Below are positions 1-12,383 of a stretch of 64,000 nt of DNA, one piece after another. Origin of the DNA: the human T2T-CHM13v2.0 reference genome, Homo sapiens; NCBI RefSeq assembly GCF_009914755.1, contig NC_060931.1, one strand, 5' to 3'. The position numbers and the translations under genes are program-made. Position 1 is the first letter of the stretch. Every line of letters begins with the position of its first letter. A model generated the notes under the pieces. That model ran no database searches. It was not told the DNA's origin and worked only from the letters and a program-made list of their open reading frames with translations.

Positions 1-36
1 GGTTCTGGGGGCAGGAGGCATCCTTTGCAGGCCTAG

Positions 37-382
<346 letters not shown>

Positions 383-392
383 GACAATTATA

Positions 393-679
393 CTTTTTGA
401 GACAGGGTCTCCCTCTGTCACCCAGGCTGGAGCACAGTGGCTTGATTATGACTCACTGCAGCCTTGACCTCCTGGGCTCAAACGATCCTCCCGCCTTAGC
501 CCCCCAAGTAGCTGGAACCACAGGCACCCACCACCGTGTCCAGCTAATTTTTGTATTTTTTGTAGAGATGGGGTTTTGCCATGTTGGCAGGCTGGTCTCA
601 AACTCCTGGGCTCAAGCGATCTGCCTGCCTAGACCTCCCAAAGTGCTAGAATTACAGGCATCATCCACTGTTCCCGGCC
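393..679 (-). mobile_element. Alu (AluJ-like)
   Basis: Reverse-complement Alu consensus match. Confidence 0.9.
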
Positions 680-709
680 CACATACACTTTAAAGGTGAA
701 CAAATCCAA

Positions 710-994
710 GCCAGGCATGGTGGCTTATGCCTGTAATTCCGCACTTTGGCAGGCCAAGGCGGGCAGATCGCTTGAGGCCAGGAGTTCAAGACTAGTCTGG
801 CCAACAAGGCGAAACCCCCTCTCTACTAAAAACATAAAAATTAGCTGGGCATAGTGGCTCATGCCTGTAATCCCAGCTTCTCAGGAGGCTGGGTCTTGAA
901 CCCTGGAGGTGAAGGTTAACCAGTGAGCCGAGATCACACCAGCGCACCCCAGCCTGGGCGACCGAGCAAGACTGTCTCAAAAAAAAAAAAAAAA
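710..994 (+). mobile_element. Alu
   Basis: Alu dimer with A-tail; flanks ...caaatccaa. Confidence 0.9.
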
Positions 995-1384
995 GATGGG
1001 CAAATCCAAATGGATCTCTGGTGTTATTTAAATACTTATTTGGGAAAAAAATTTTCCCACTATTTCTGTTAAGCAGACAGCTGGTTACATGGTAGTTTTT
1101 TAATTTTGTTTTTAATAACATCTGAAATGCCTGGCAGAAAGTCTGGAGTTGGGGGCAGAGAGAAACTTAAAATGTTAGGAGCTTTGCCCTTTGAGGAGCT
1201 GTCAGAATTGGAGAAAAAACATCCCAGAAATTGTAATCAGTGAGGAAAACAGGATTCCAGCTATCCACAGCACCCCAGCTGTACACCAGCGTCACGGGAT
1301 GAGGGATGCCTGTGTGCACGTAGGCCTTGGTTTCTGAGCTGAGACAGCAGCAGCCAGGCCGACTTGGTGATAGGCTTGGCCTGC

Positions 1385-1900
1385 CCCTGCAGTGGACTGC
1401 CTGGGCCTGGGCCTGGGCCTTGGCCTTGGTCTCAGCCCTGTGGTGGATGATCTGAGCCTTGGCTTTGGCCCTCCAGTGGATGGCCTGAGCCTTGGCCTTG
1501 GCCTTGGTCCTGCCGTGGATGACCTGAGCCTTGGTCTTGGCCTTGGTCCTGCGGTGGACGACCTGAGCCCTGGCCTTGGCCTTGGCCCTCCAGTGGATGA
1601 CCTGAACCTTGGCCTTGGCCTTGGCCTTGGCCCTGCCGTGGATGACCTGAGCCTTGGTCTTGGCCTTGGTCCTGCAGTAGACAACCTGAGCCTTGGCAAT
1701 TGGCCTTGGCCCTCCAGTGGATGACCTGAGCCGTGGCCTTGGCCTTGGTTCTGCTGTGGACGACCTGAGCCTTGGCCTTGACCTTGGCCCTCCAGTGGAT
1801 GACCTGAGCCTTGGCGTTGACCTTGGCCCGCCAGTGGATGACCTGAGCCTTGGCGTTGACCTTGGCCCGCCAGTGGATGACCTGAGCCTTGGCCTTGACC
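1385..1900. repeat. GC-rich minisatellite, ~13 units, modal 39 bp (CCAGTGGATGACCTGAGCCTTGGCCTTGGCCTTGGCCCT-like)
   Basis: GTGGAYG-like cores at ~1392, 1443, 1476, 1515, 1554, 1593, 1638, 1677, 1717, 1756, 1795, 1834 and 1873; spacings 51, 33, 39, 39, 39, 45, 39, 40, 39, 39, 39, 39. Confidence 0.95.
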
Positions 1901-2439
1901 TCTGAAGCTCTTCTGTGCAAGGGTGGGGCTCCTGTTGGTGACACCCACTTGCTGAGTCTACACCTGGGAAGCTCTTGGTCAGCTCGGCCCATTGACTTGA
2001 GAGAGGAATAGTTGCCGTCCAGCGAGTGCTGGGGGTGTAAGGTGGACCGGGCCACACGGCTGCCAAGGGGCCGGCTGGGTGGGACTGAAACCTGACCCAT
2101 GTGGGTCCTCATTGCCTCCTGACATCAGTCATCCTGTGATCTCTTAGAAAGATAAAAACACATTTTCTGCGTTCTGGTGCCTCTCCTTGCCAGACATTTT
2201 CTCAGTAAAGTTTCTGTCTCAGCCTCGTTGGAAGTGCCAGGTTCTGAGCCCATCAGTTTGCTGCTAGCCTGCCAGCTTCCCATGACCTGGGACCTGGGAC
2301 CAGGGGCCCGCAGGTGTTTCTAGCTGGAGAGGAGTTCTAGATAGTTCTGAGCGGATACCCTCCTCTGTCTTCCTCGGGAGAGTTCTGGCTTGGTTTGGTG
2401 GTGTTTTCTGTGACCAGCAGTGGCCACCGCCACCACCAA

Positions 2440-2492
2440 CCCCTCTTCCCCCTCCCCTCTTCCTCCCCCTCCCCCCTCCCTCCTCCTCCTCT
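2440..2492. repeat. C/T-rich low-complexity tract (G4-prone on the minus strand)
   Basis: Runs of CCCC/CCT: cccctcttccccctcccctcttcctccccctcccccctccctcctcctcct. Confidence 0.75.
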
Positions 2493-3439
2493 ATCTCCAT
2501 ACGCCCTGAGACTGGCCAGTGGGCAGCATATTGTGCAAGAAACAGCTGTTGTTTTGACAAAGGACATAACTCGCCTCACTTCTTGCATCACCAGACCCAC
2601 GAGGCTCTGGATTCCAGGCCTCTGCCCCTGCAGGTGGACACACAGACCGTAACGCAGAGGCTCACGTGTCCCACACTATGCATTACCATTTGTGTACGCA
2701 CTCGTTCACATTTAGCAGGATTGTAAAAATTAATAGTTAGTGCAGTTCTTCCAGCTAGATAATGCATCCAAATGGCAAGACAGTCCAAAGATACACACTA
2801 TGGAGTAAGTCCCTCTCCCCACCGGCCCCTCTGGAGAGAGCCAGGCACGGTCACAAGTTTCTTCTGTATCCCTCTGGAGATAATCACAGCCTATGCGAGC
2901 ATATGGATGGATATTCTTTTAAACATTGTGTTGCGGTTTGCTTTTTGGCTTGGATGTATCTGATGATTATCATATCCCTTACAATACACCGTGTTTTTTT
3001 ACATTACAGGAAAATCTGTGAGGGGCTAAACCGACAGGGTATTGCTGGGCATGGAGGAGGTTGGGTCCAGGTTTTTTGCTCTTTGTGACTTTTTAATGCC
3101 TTTCAGATGTGACGACTCTCCATACGCCTTCTCACACGTGACCCGTGACTCATGGGCCGAGGCCTCTGCATTTGGGACCCCCACCTCCACCTCCCCAAGA
3201 TGCATTTCATTCCCTTGTTAATGTGTCATTGTAGTTGACGCTTTGAGGATAGGCAGGCTTGGTAGATAATAAAACAGTATTTGGCTTATGTTTAATCGCT
3301 GTCTCCTCCCACAGCCCGAGAACGCCTTAGCGTCCTTCAGAAAGGATTTGGTGGTACTGGTTTTTATGTGTGTGTGTGTTGTTTTTTAAAAAAATTTTCT
3401 CCAAGGGACCTGGTCAAAGATTTCAAGCCTTAAATCTGA

Positions 3440-3567
3440 TCAACCCAATCTGGGGCGGCGGCAGCTCAGTCTCTCCTCCTCGCTGTGCCAATCTGTTTCT
3501 GTGGTGGCGGGTGGCGGCTCGGTGTTAAATTTGGAGACCCCCGTGGGTTTCCCATGCCGACCTGCAT
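3440..3567 (+). promoter_or_regulatory. Candidate internal promoter (CCAAT boxes, GC box)
   Basis: CCAAT at ~3445 and ~3488, GGGGCGG at ~3452, GGCGGGTGGCGG at ~3506, and local CpG retention. Confidence 0.35.
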
Positions 3568-3672
3568 ATGTCTGCGGGCACGGGGAAGGGAGGGCCGCAG
3601 ACCCCCGTTGAGTCCCCGACTGCCAGCAGCAAGTTGCCGCAGGCGCACTGGCTCTGCAGCCCCGGGATCAAG
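3568..3672 (+). CDS. Candidate alternative first coding exon of CUX1 (35 codons, MSAGTGKGGPQTPVESPTASSKLPQAHWLCSPGIK)
   Basis: ATG at 3568 reads open for 105 nt to a consensus-like donor AAG|GTGGGT (3672|3673), phase 0, compatible with exon 2. In-frame TAA upstream at 3526; CCAAT and GC-box motifs upstream. Inference only. Confidence 0.45.
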
Positions 3673-4405
3673 GTGGGTTCACCTTGCACCGGGCCACCTG
3701 TTTCAGTTTCCTCCTCCACCAGGCAGGCTCTCTGACAGATCAGCCCAGGGAGGGGCAGGTGGGGACCGAGGGGGACGGAGGGGGCCCACAGACCCCCGGC
3801 TCATCTGGCATCTTCCCCAGCGTTTCCCACACTTGACCCACTAGATGAGAAGTTGGGGGTCGGGGCTGGGACCCCACCTTCATACCTCCAGCGCCTGCCA
3901 ACTCAAAGACATCGGTAGATGCCCACCGATTGGGTAACCGCCCCCAGCACCCCCACCCTGCTAGGCTTCCATGCAGTGGGGGAAGTAGGGACCCCCGGCC
4001 AAAAGCAGTCATGTTCTTTTTGTTTTTCTCCTAAGTTTTCTGCGTCTGTGTGCGATTGGAACGAAACATCAACTCTTTTTTTTTCTTTTTTGTCATATTT
4101 CAATATTGGCTTTCTTCCCCGCCTTCTTTCGAAGGCTCCTTTTATAACTTCGGCTGCTGCTGCTTAAATATAGATGTCAAAGCCCTCCTCCCTCCAGATT
4201 GTTTATATTTTTGAAGAGCCTTCTGCTTCGCTGTGACTGCTCCTCTCTTATCTGTATCCCCCGTTCCACCACATTGGTTTCGGTTGCTCTTTTTTTTTTT
4301 TCCCTGCCTTCCCTTAACTGGGATGTGTTTCAAATGTGGTCTATCAAAATGTTCAGTGTTTCCCTTTTTTCTGCAATAGCTTTGACATCTGTTCTTGAAT
4401 TCTAG

Positions 4406-5032
<627 letters not shown>

Positions 5033-6348
5033 TGTCCATGATTTGTAAGTTGACAGCATGATTTCATCCCATCCGGCATGGCCCACCCCGTAGTAGTACC
5101 AAGGAAGCATTTCCCAGCAAGAACTTGTAACGTGTAGGTTTGCTGGTTAACTTCCGCCAAGGAGGAAAGCCTGTGGGACTTGGTGAGCTGGGTGGTGGGG
5201 GGTGGAGAAGGAGAGGCTCTAGTGTGCTTCTTGGAGGCGTGGGGATAAATCTTCAGCTTTGATTTTTCTCGCCGTTCAGCTCTGCTTGGACTCAGGGTGA
5301 TGGTCCCAACCGTGAGAAGCCAGCTAGAGCAGCCACCTTGGATCCCAGCAGAACGGGCCGCTGTGTGTCTTTAGTTGCCAAAGCGACTCGGCAGGAAAAC
5401 AGGCCTTTTGGTGGCGACAGCAGTGTGTCCTTGGGCGCCTGCTGTCAGCCTGGAACACCATTCTGGGGCCATCTGCTGCAGGCTTGTTGGAAACAGATCC
5501 TCTTGGCAGCTCTTCCCAGAATTTCTGAGGCCAGGGCACAGGTTCTCTGGCGCGTTGATTATCGGTTTGTTGCGGGGAGCAGAGCCCAGAGTCCTCAGCC
5601 CCCTAGCGGGTCCCTCATGGGGAACCCACTCCTGGTGGTCCTCAGCGTTCCCGCGCAAGTAATGTGATTTGAGAATAACTGCCAATGGTGCCTCATTTCT
5701 GAAAAGTGGTTGGAAATAATTATTCTTGGAATTTACCTTTTAAAGGTCCCTCTTGAAAACTAATCATAGGTTAATGGTCTCGAACATGATGCTTGGCCTA
5801 GAGTGAGCTCACCATAAACATTTGTTGAATGAATACAAACCAAGTATTACTCCCAGAGATCCCAGGCCCACAGCATTGAAGGACGGCCACACGGAATGCC
5901 CCGAGGAGGGGATAGATCAGCAGAAGGACTAGAGCTCAGGAGAGTGGCTGGCTGGAAGGAACCCTTGGGAAGAAGAGGCGTGGAGCAACTTGGGGAGGCG
6001 GGTGCTTTGGGCATTAGCCTGATAGTTGTGGCTGGAGCAAGAAAGATGTTTCTGTGTATTCTGTTATGGGAACAGAGTCATTTATGGCGTGCACATTGAG
6101 GCACGACCCATGATGTTGAACGAGCTTGGTTTTCTCAACCACTTCACATGGGACGGACGTGGGATGGGGGGATAATGTTCATTTCTCTGCCTTCCCGCCA
6201 CCCTCCAGCCCCTCCTCTGCCAATGAGTTGATGTTCCTTAGAGCCACTGGGGTCTCTCCCCCAGTGTTCTGGTCAAATGCAAATAGGACCCTCCTCTAGT
6301 ACACAGTGCAATTACAATCTCACTTTTCCTTTCCTGTTTCCCCAACAG

Positions 6349-6459
6349 AGAGAACTCGATGCCACCGCAACGGTATTGGCGAACCGGCAGGATGAAAGTG
6401 AGCAGTCCAGAAAGCGGCTTATCGAACAGAGCCGGGAGTTCAAGAAGAACACTCCAGAG
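6349..6459 (+). CDS. CUX1: CUX1 (CDP/CASP) exon 2, 111 nt, phase 0/0, N-terminal coiled-coil segment
   Basis: Translation [37 protein letters not shown] recognised as the CUX1/CASP N-terminus. Preceded by the pyrimidine tract cttttcctttcctgtttccccaacAG (ends 6348) and followed by donor GAG|GTGAGG (6459|6460). Confidence 0.97.
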
Positions 6460-6741
6460 GTGAGGCGCGTGACCATCGTGTTCGCTTTGAAGGGATCTTA
6501 GAATGCTGGTGCATGTTCAGGCGACGCTCCGTGAGCGTTTCATTTTCATCAGATGAACGCACGGCCGGCAAACAACCCGTTTCTTTCCCCAGATGTCTTC
6601 AGCCCCATTTCCAGCAGAACGCATGCCATCCTGCAGGCTGTGGGGATGTGGAAATTGATAGGTTGTCTGGAAATATGAAAGTCAGAGCCAATTCCAGGTG
6701 CAGATACTGGACAAGCTTGGTCTGTAAGAACACGTGGGCAG
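6349..6741 (+). ncRNA. Putative intron-containing circRNA unit (exon 2 + partial intron 2, 393 nt; circ-CUX1-like)
   Basis: Cryptic donor CAG|GTGTGT at 6741|6742 lies exactly 393 nt from the exon 2 acceptor. This agrees with my recollection of a published circ-CUX1 (not verified). Inverted Alus flank the unit. Confidence 0.55.
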
Positions 6742-8086
6742 GTGTGTGGGTGTCTCAGACCCTCGAGCTCATCCCAGACCCTGTCCCATGTCAGTTAGCA
6801 AGCCACCAAAGTCCATAAGGGATCCTGTGGGGTGGAAGGTCCGCGGGGCCTGCTTCCCTGTTGCTGGTGCAGGCGGAGTGTCTGAAGGCTGCACGCATCT
6901 GGGCATAGCAGTGCGCCTAACGCTTCTTGTAAAACAGACATTTCGCCTGCTAGGCCTTTTAAATGCCTCTCTGTTTCTTGAAATATGCCGTAAAGGGCAA
7001 TGGAAATGTGCTTTTTATATACTCCTGTTTTTTCTCTCGTGAGTGTGCAATCGGGGGACAGTGTTGAGTTGCTGGGGTGGCGTTTTTCTGCTCGTTTCCT
7101 GGCCCCTTCTTCCTTCCCTTCAACCCTATCAGGGGCTTACTAAGAAAAAAAAAAAAACATCCAAGCGTGTTGCAGGCAGATGAGCAGTCGCGGGAATGGC
7201 TTTCCGGGTGACATCTGCCAGTTTGGTCCCCATGGCGCTCATCCCGCGGGCTCGGACCCCAGCCTCTCTTACATCTTCCCCTTGTATGGGAAGGGGTCGC
7301 AGCAGCCCACAGCTTCGGCCCGGCTTCCGGGCTTGGGGAATCTTCTCCGTATCGTAGCTCTTGGCTCCTCCATATAAGACATAGGAACATGCCTGGAGGC
7401 AAAGCTCCTTTCTAGGAGAGATGCCCCTCTCTTACTTACATAATATTGCTGGGAAATTATATGTGAATTGCATTTTTAAAAGCGGACTCATTTAAAATGT
7501 TTCAAAAGAGGCTTGCTAGTCAAGGGACTGCTGGCATGAATCATTATGGAAAACAAATTAATAACCTTCTGTCTTCAGAATAAATATTTTGGGAGAAAGC
7601 TTGGTAGCAGAGTAGAAAGAAGGCAGCCTTTGGCCACAGAGCCAGCTAAGGGTTCAAATCTCACACCCGCTGCTTGCCTCGGCTGCCCCTAAATGTGGGT
7701 ACTCCATGTTTCACGAGACCAAAAATGCAGGTGGGAGTCACTGGTGCTTGGGGGTTTCTGCCTTCTCTGCCAGTGTTGGGGAGTGGGGGGCCCTATTCTC
7801 CATGTCAGCCTTGCCATGAGTAAAAACAGGAGGAAAAAAAGAGCTGGGGACAGAACGTCCTTCTTCTGTTGCCTCCAGCGGCTTCAGAGCAGACTTTCCT
7901 GGAACTCCGGTTTCCTGAGCGCTTGTCCTTGACTCAGTTTCCCCAGCCCAAGCCCCGCCACATCCATCGTGCTAGCTCCTCTTAGTGCCGTTCCTGTAGC
8001 TAGTGGTCACCCGCCGTTCTGTATTGTCACTGCCCTTTCCTCGGTGACCATATGTCTGAGGGTTTCCATAGAAAATCTTAGAGGTT

Positions 8087-8230
8087 TGGCTGGGCGCAGT
8101 GGCTCACGCCTATAATTTCAACACTTTGGAAGGCTGAGGCAAGCAATCACTTGAGGTCAGGAGTTCAAGACCAGCCTGGGCAACATAACAAGACTCATCT
8201 CTGTTATAAAAGGTAAAAAGAAAAAAGAAA
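8087..8230 (+). mobile_element. Alu left monomer (FLAM-like)
   Basis: Left arm followed by an A-rich tail; agaaaatcttagagg recurs on both sides. Confidence 0.85.
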
Positions 8231-8999
8231 ACGTTTTGTGGTTAAAAACAAACAAAGAAACAAAAAAACCCAGAAAATCTTAGAGGGGCAAGGCCATCCT
8301 TCAGAGGCCACGGACAATAAATACACGAGTGTATTCAGCCAGAGAATGAGGTTCCTAAGAGGCCTGGCTTCCTGGGTGTTCCTCAGAAGTCCCCAACTCC
8401 TAGTGACAGTGGAGGAGGAGCGTGTCCCCCTTCGGTCACCCTGTCCGTTCCTTATGCTCTGCTGATAAATGCCGCTTGTACTGCACTGAGCCCTATCCCT
8501 CCATCGTGCCTTGTGTCGAATTCCACATTAGTTACTCAAAGACACCTGGCCTTAAACTTGGCGTTTTTATCTCCTTCTGATCCCAATAAATGGAAGAGGC
8601 TTGGGGAGGCGGCAGCCTGGTAGGTACCTGCCACTTGGGGCATTTCTTCTCAGGACACATTTTTAGACTCTGTCTTCATGGAGAAAGGGGCTAGAACCCA
8701 CCAGGAAGGGGAGGCAGATGATGGAAGGTCACCACCTGCTTGGCCCTGACCCCGCCACTGCCAGTGGGTGGAGGGTGGTGCCCACTTCCTCATCTTTGGC
8801 TGTAGTAACGAGGGTCTCACTGCAGCATGCGGTCCTGGGGAGGTGGGGAGAGGGGAGCTGGCTGCAGGCTCCTGCCCCGCCAGCCCTATGCACTTTCTCA
8901 TCCAAGGACCAACCTGGAAATCTGTGGGGCGCCCACGCGGAAAGTCCAAGACGAGACCCACTTCACTTGTGCCAGCAGCCAGAGCTTCCTGCTGGTAAC

Positions 9000-9328
<329 letters not shown>

Positions 9329-10172
9329 TGAAACCACATAAGACCAGAACAGTGGTGGGAGTCGGGGGCTGTGGCCGGAGTGTGCTGGGTGTGCAGGAGG
9401 CGGAGTTCCCTGCTGTTCCCTGTGACAGCAGGTGTGTGTGTGTGGGGGGGGAGCTGTGACAGTACGTGTGTGTGTAGATAGCACATGTGTGGAGCCTCAG
9501 CTCAGTGCCTGGCCTGTGTCCCAAGGGGACACTGGGTCACCGTTTGTTTGGGGTCTCAGTCTTGAGGAGCCACCACTGCCCTGACACTGGTTGCTCCTCT
9601 GGCCACACCGCAGGATTGATTACTAACCGTGGAGGTGACGTCGGGTTGTTGCATGTGTAGAAACGAGGCTTGCTTAGAGCTTTCGCCCGTTGGGTAGGAC
9701 AGCCTGGCTTACCGGGAGGAGGGTATCCTCTTCCCTATGGATGCAGCCCACGATCCCCATGGCAACATACCTTCCAGGGCACAGCGTGGCAGAGCCAGGG
9801 CTGGTGGTGTTCCTGCTGGTGTGACACCAAGGGTGTTGATCTTGATGGAAACGCCCACGTCTCTCTTTGTTCTGGGAAAGAAGGAAAGGTTTCCTGGTGT
9901 CTGATGAATGTCTAATGTGTTCCACAGGGAGGATTAGGCACCCGCGAGGGTTCAGTGGGGAGTAAAGTTTGTCTGCCATCGGAGATTTCACCTTCTAGAC
10001 TGGCCCTTCCCAGATGTCACTGGGAAAAGCTCTAGTCCAGGAGGGAAAAGGTGGGCTGTGACGGGGAGGTGGCCAGGGAGGGGTGCTGTGTGGTGGCTGG
10101 GACTCTGACAGGCGGGAGAAGCCACAGGAACATCAGGAGGTGAGCGCCAGGATGGCTGGAGCCTTGAAGGGT

Positions 10173-10792
<620 letters not shown>

Positions 10793-11104
10793 TGAAGGTT
10801 TTCTGTTTAGAATTAGTTTTTTAAAGTTTCAGTTTTATATCATTAGATTAATATATTTGCCATCATATGATATTGTGTCTTTTTAATCCAGAAATTGTAG
10901 TTAATTTGCAGAAGATTGCAGTTACTCTGCAGATAAAATTGTATACGTTTTCTTTGAATCTACAAAAAGAGTCCCTTTGAAAGAAAAACATTTTTAAATG
11001 TTCTAACTGAACATCCATTCCCTATTGAATTAAGAATCAATCGTGGAACATAATAGGCGGTGGAGTGTTTCTAGGGTATATTGCTTTCTATATTTTTGTT
11101 TTTT

Positions 11105-11354
11105 TTGGAATATAGTGGCACAATCATAGCTTACTGTGGCCTCGATGTCCTGAGCTCAGGCGATCCTCTCCTTATAGCCTCCAGAGTAGCTGGGACTATA
11201 GGTGCGTGCCACCACACCCTGCTAATTTTATGTTTTGAAGAGACCGGGTCTCACTTTGTTGCCCAGGCTGGTGTCAGACTCCTGGGCTCAAGCTAAATCA
11301 CCCACCTTGGCTTCCCAAAGTGTCGGGATTACAGGTGTGAGCCACTGCGCCCAG
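11105..11354 (-). mobile_element. Alu (AluJ-like)
   Basis: Diverged reverse-complement Alu. Confidence 0.85.
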
Positions 11355-11663
11355 CTCTGATTTTTGTATTTCTTACTTAAGGCGACATACTTAGTAGCTG
11401 TGCGTCTTGGGGCAGATACCTCCCAAAGCCCCAGTTCTGTCATCTATAAATAATGTAACAACAGGGCCCCGCTCGCAGGGTTGCTGTGTGCACATATGTG
11501 TGTGTACGTACCCATGTGCCTGTACGAGAAGGGCTGCGCACAGGCCTGTCCCTAGAGTTTAGCTTATGTTCGTTATTAGCATTAACCTGGGAATACTCAC
11601 CGTGTAACTCATGAGATACAGTGGATTTCTGTTCCTCAGAGCTAGCTTGGGGAATTTCTATGT

Positions 11664-11988
<325 letters not shown>

Positions 11989-12068
11989 CTTAGCTCGGGC
12001 AACTTTAAAAAAAAAATAACAACAAATATAGGTAGTTTCAGCTTAAAGTGTTTCAAAAGTTGGTTTGT

Positions 12069-12383
<315 letters not shown>

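Noticed and set aside
1385-1900. CRISPR-like array
   Set aside because: Units are contiguous tandem copies without unique spacers, there are no cas genes, and the DNA is primate.
1167-2112. Long overlapping ORFs (299, 218, 226 aa) as real protein-coding genes
   Set aside because: They exist because the minisatellite unit is a multiple of 3 and lacks stops. Three frames are open at once, and there is no domain similarity or exon structure.
6277-6348. ATG 6277 extension of exon 2 as a stand-alone ORF start
   Set aside because: It runs through the polypyrimidine tract and acceptor, and is better explained as intron sequence that is open by chance.
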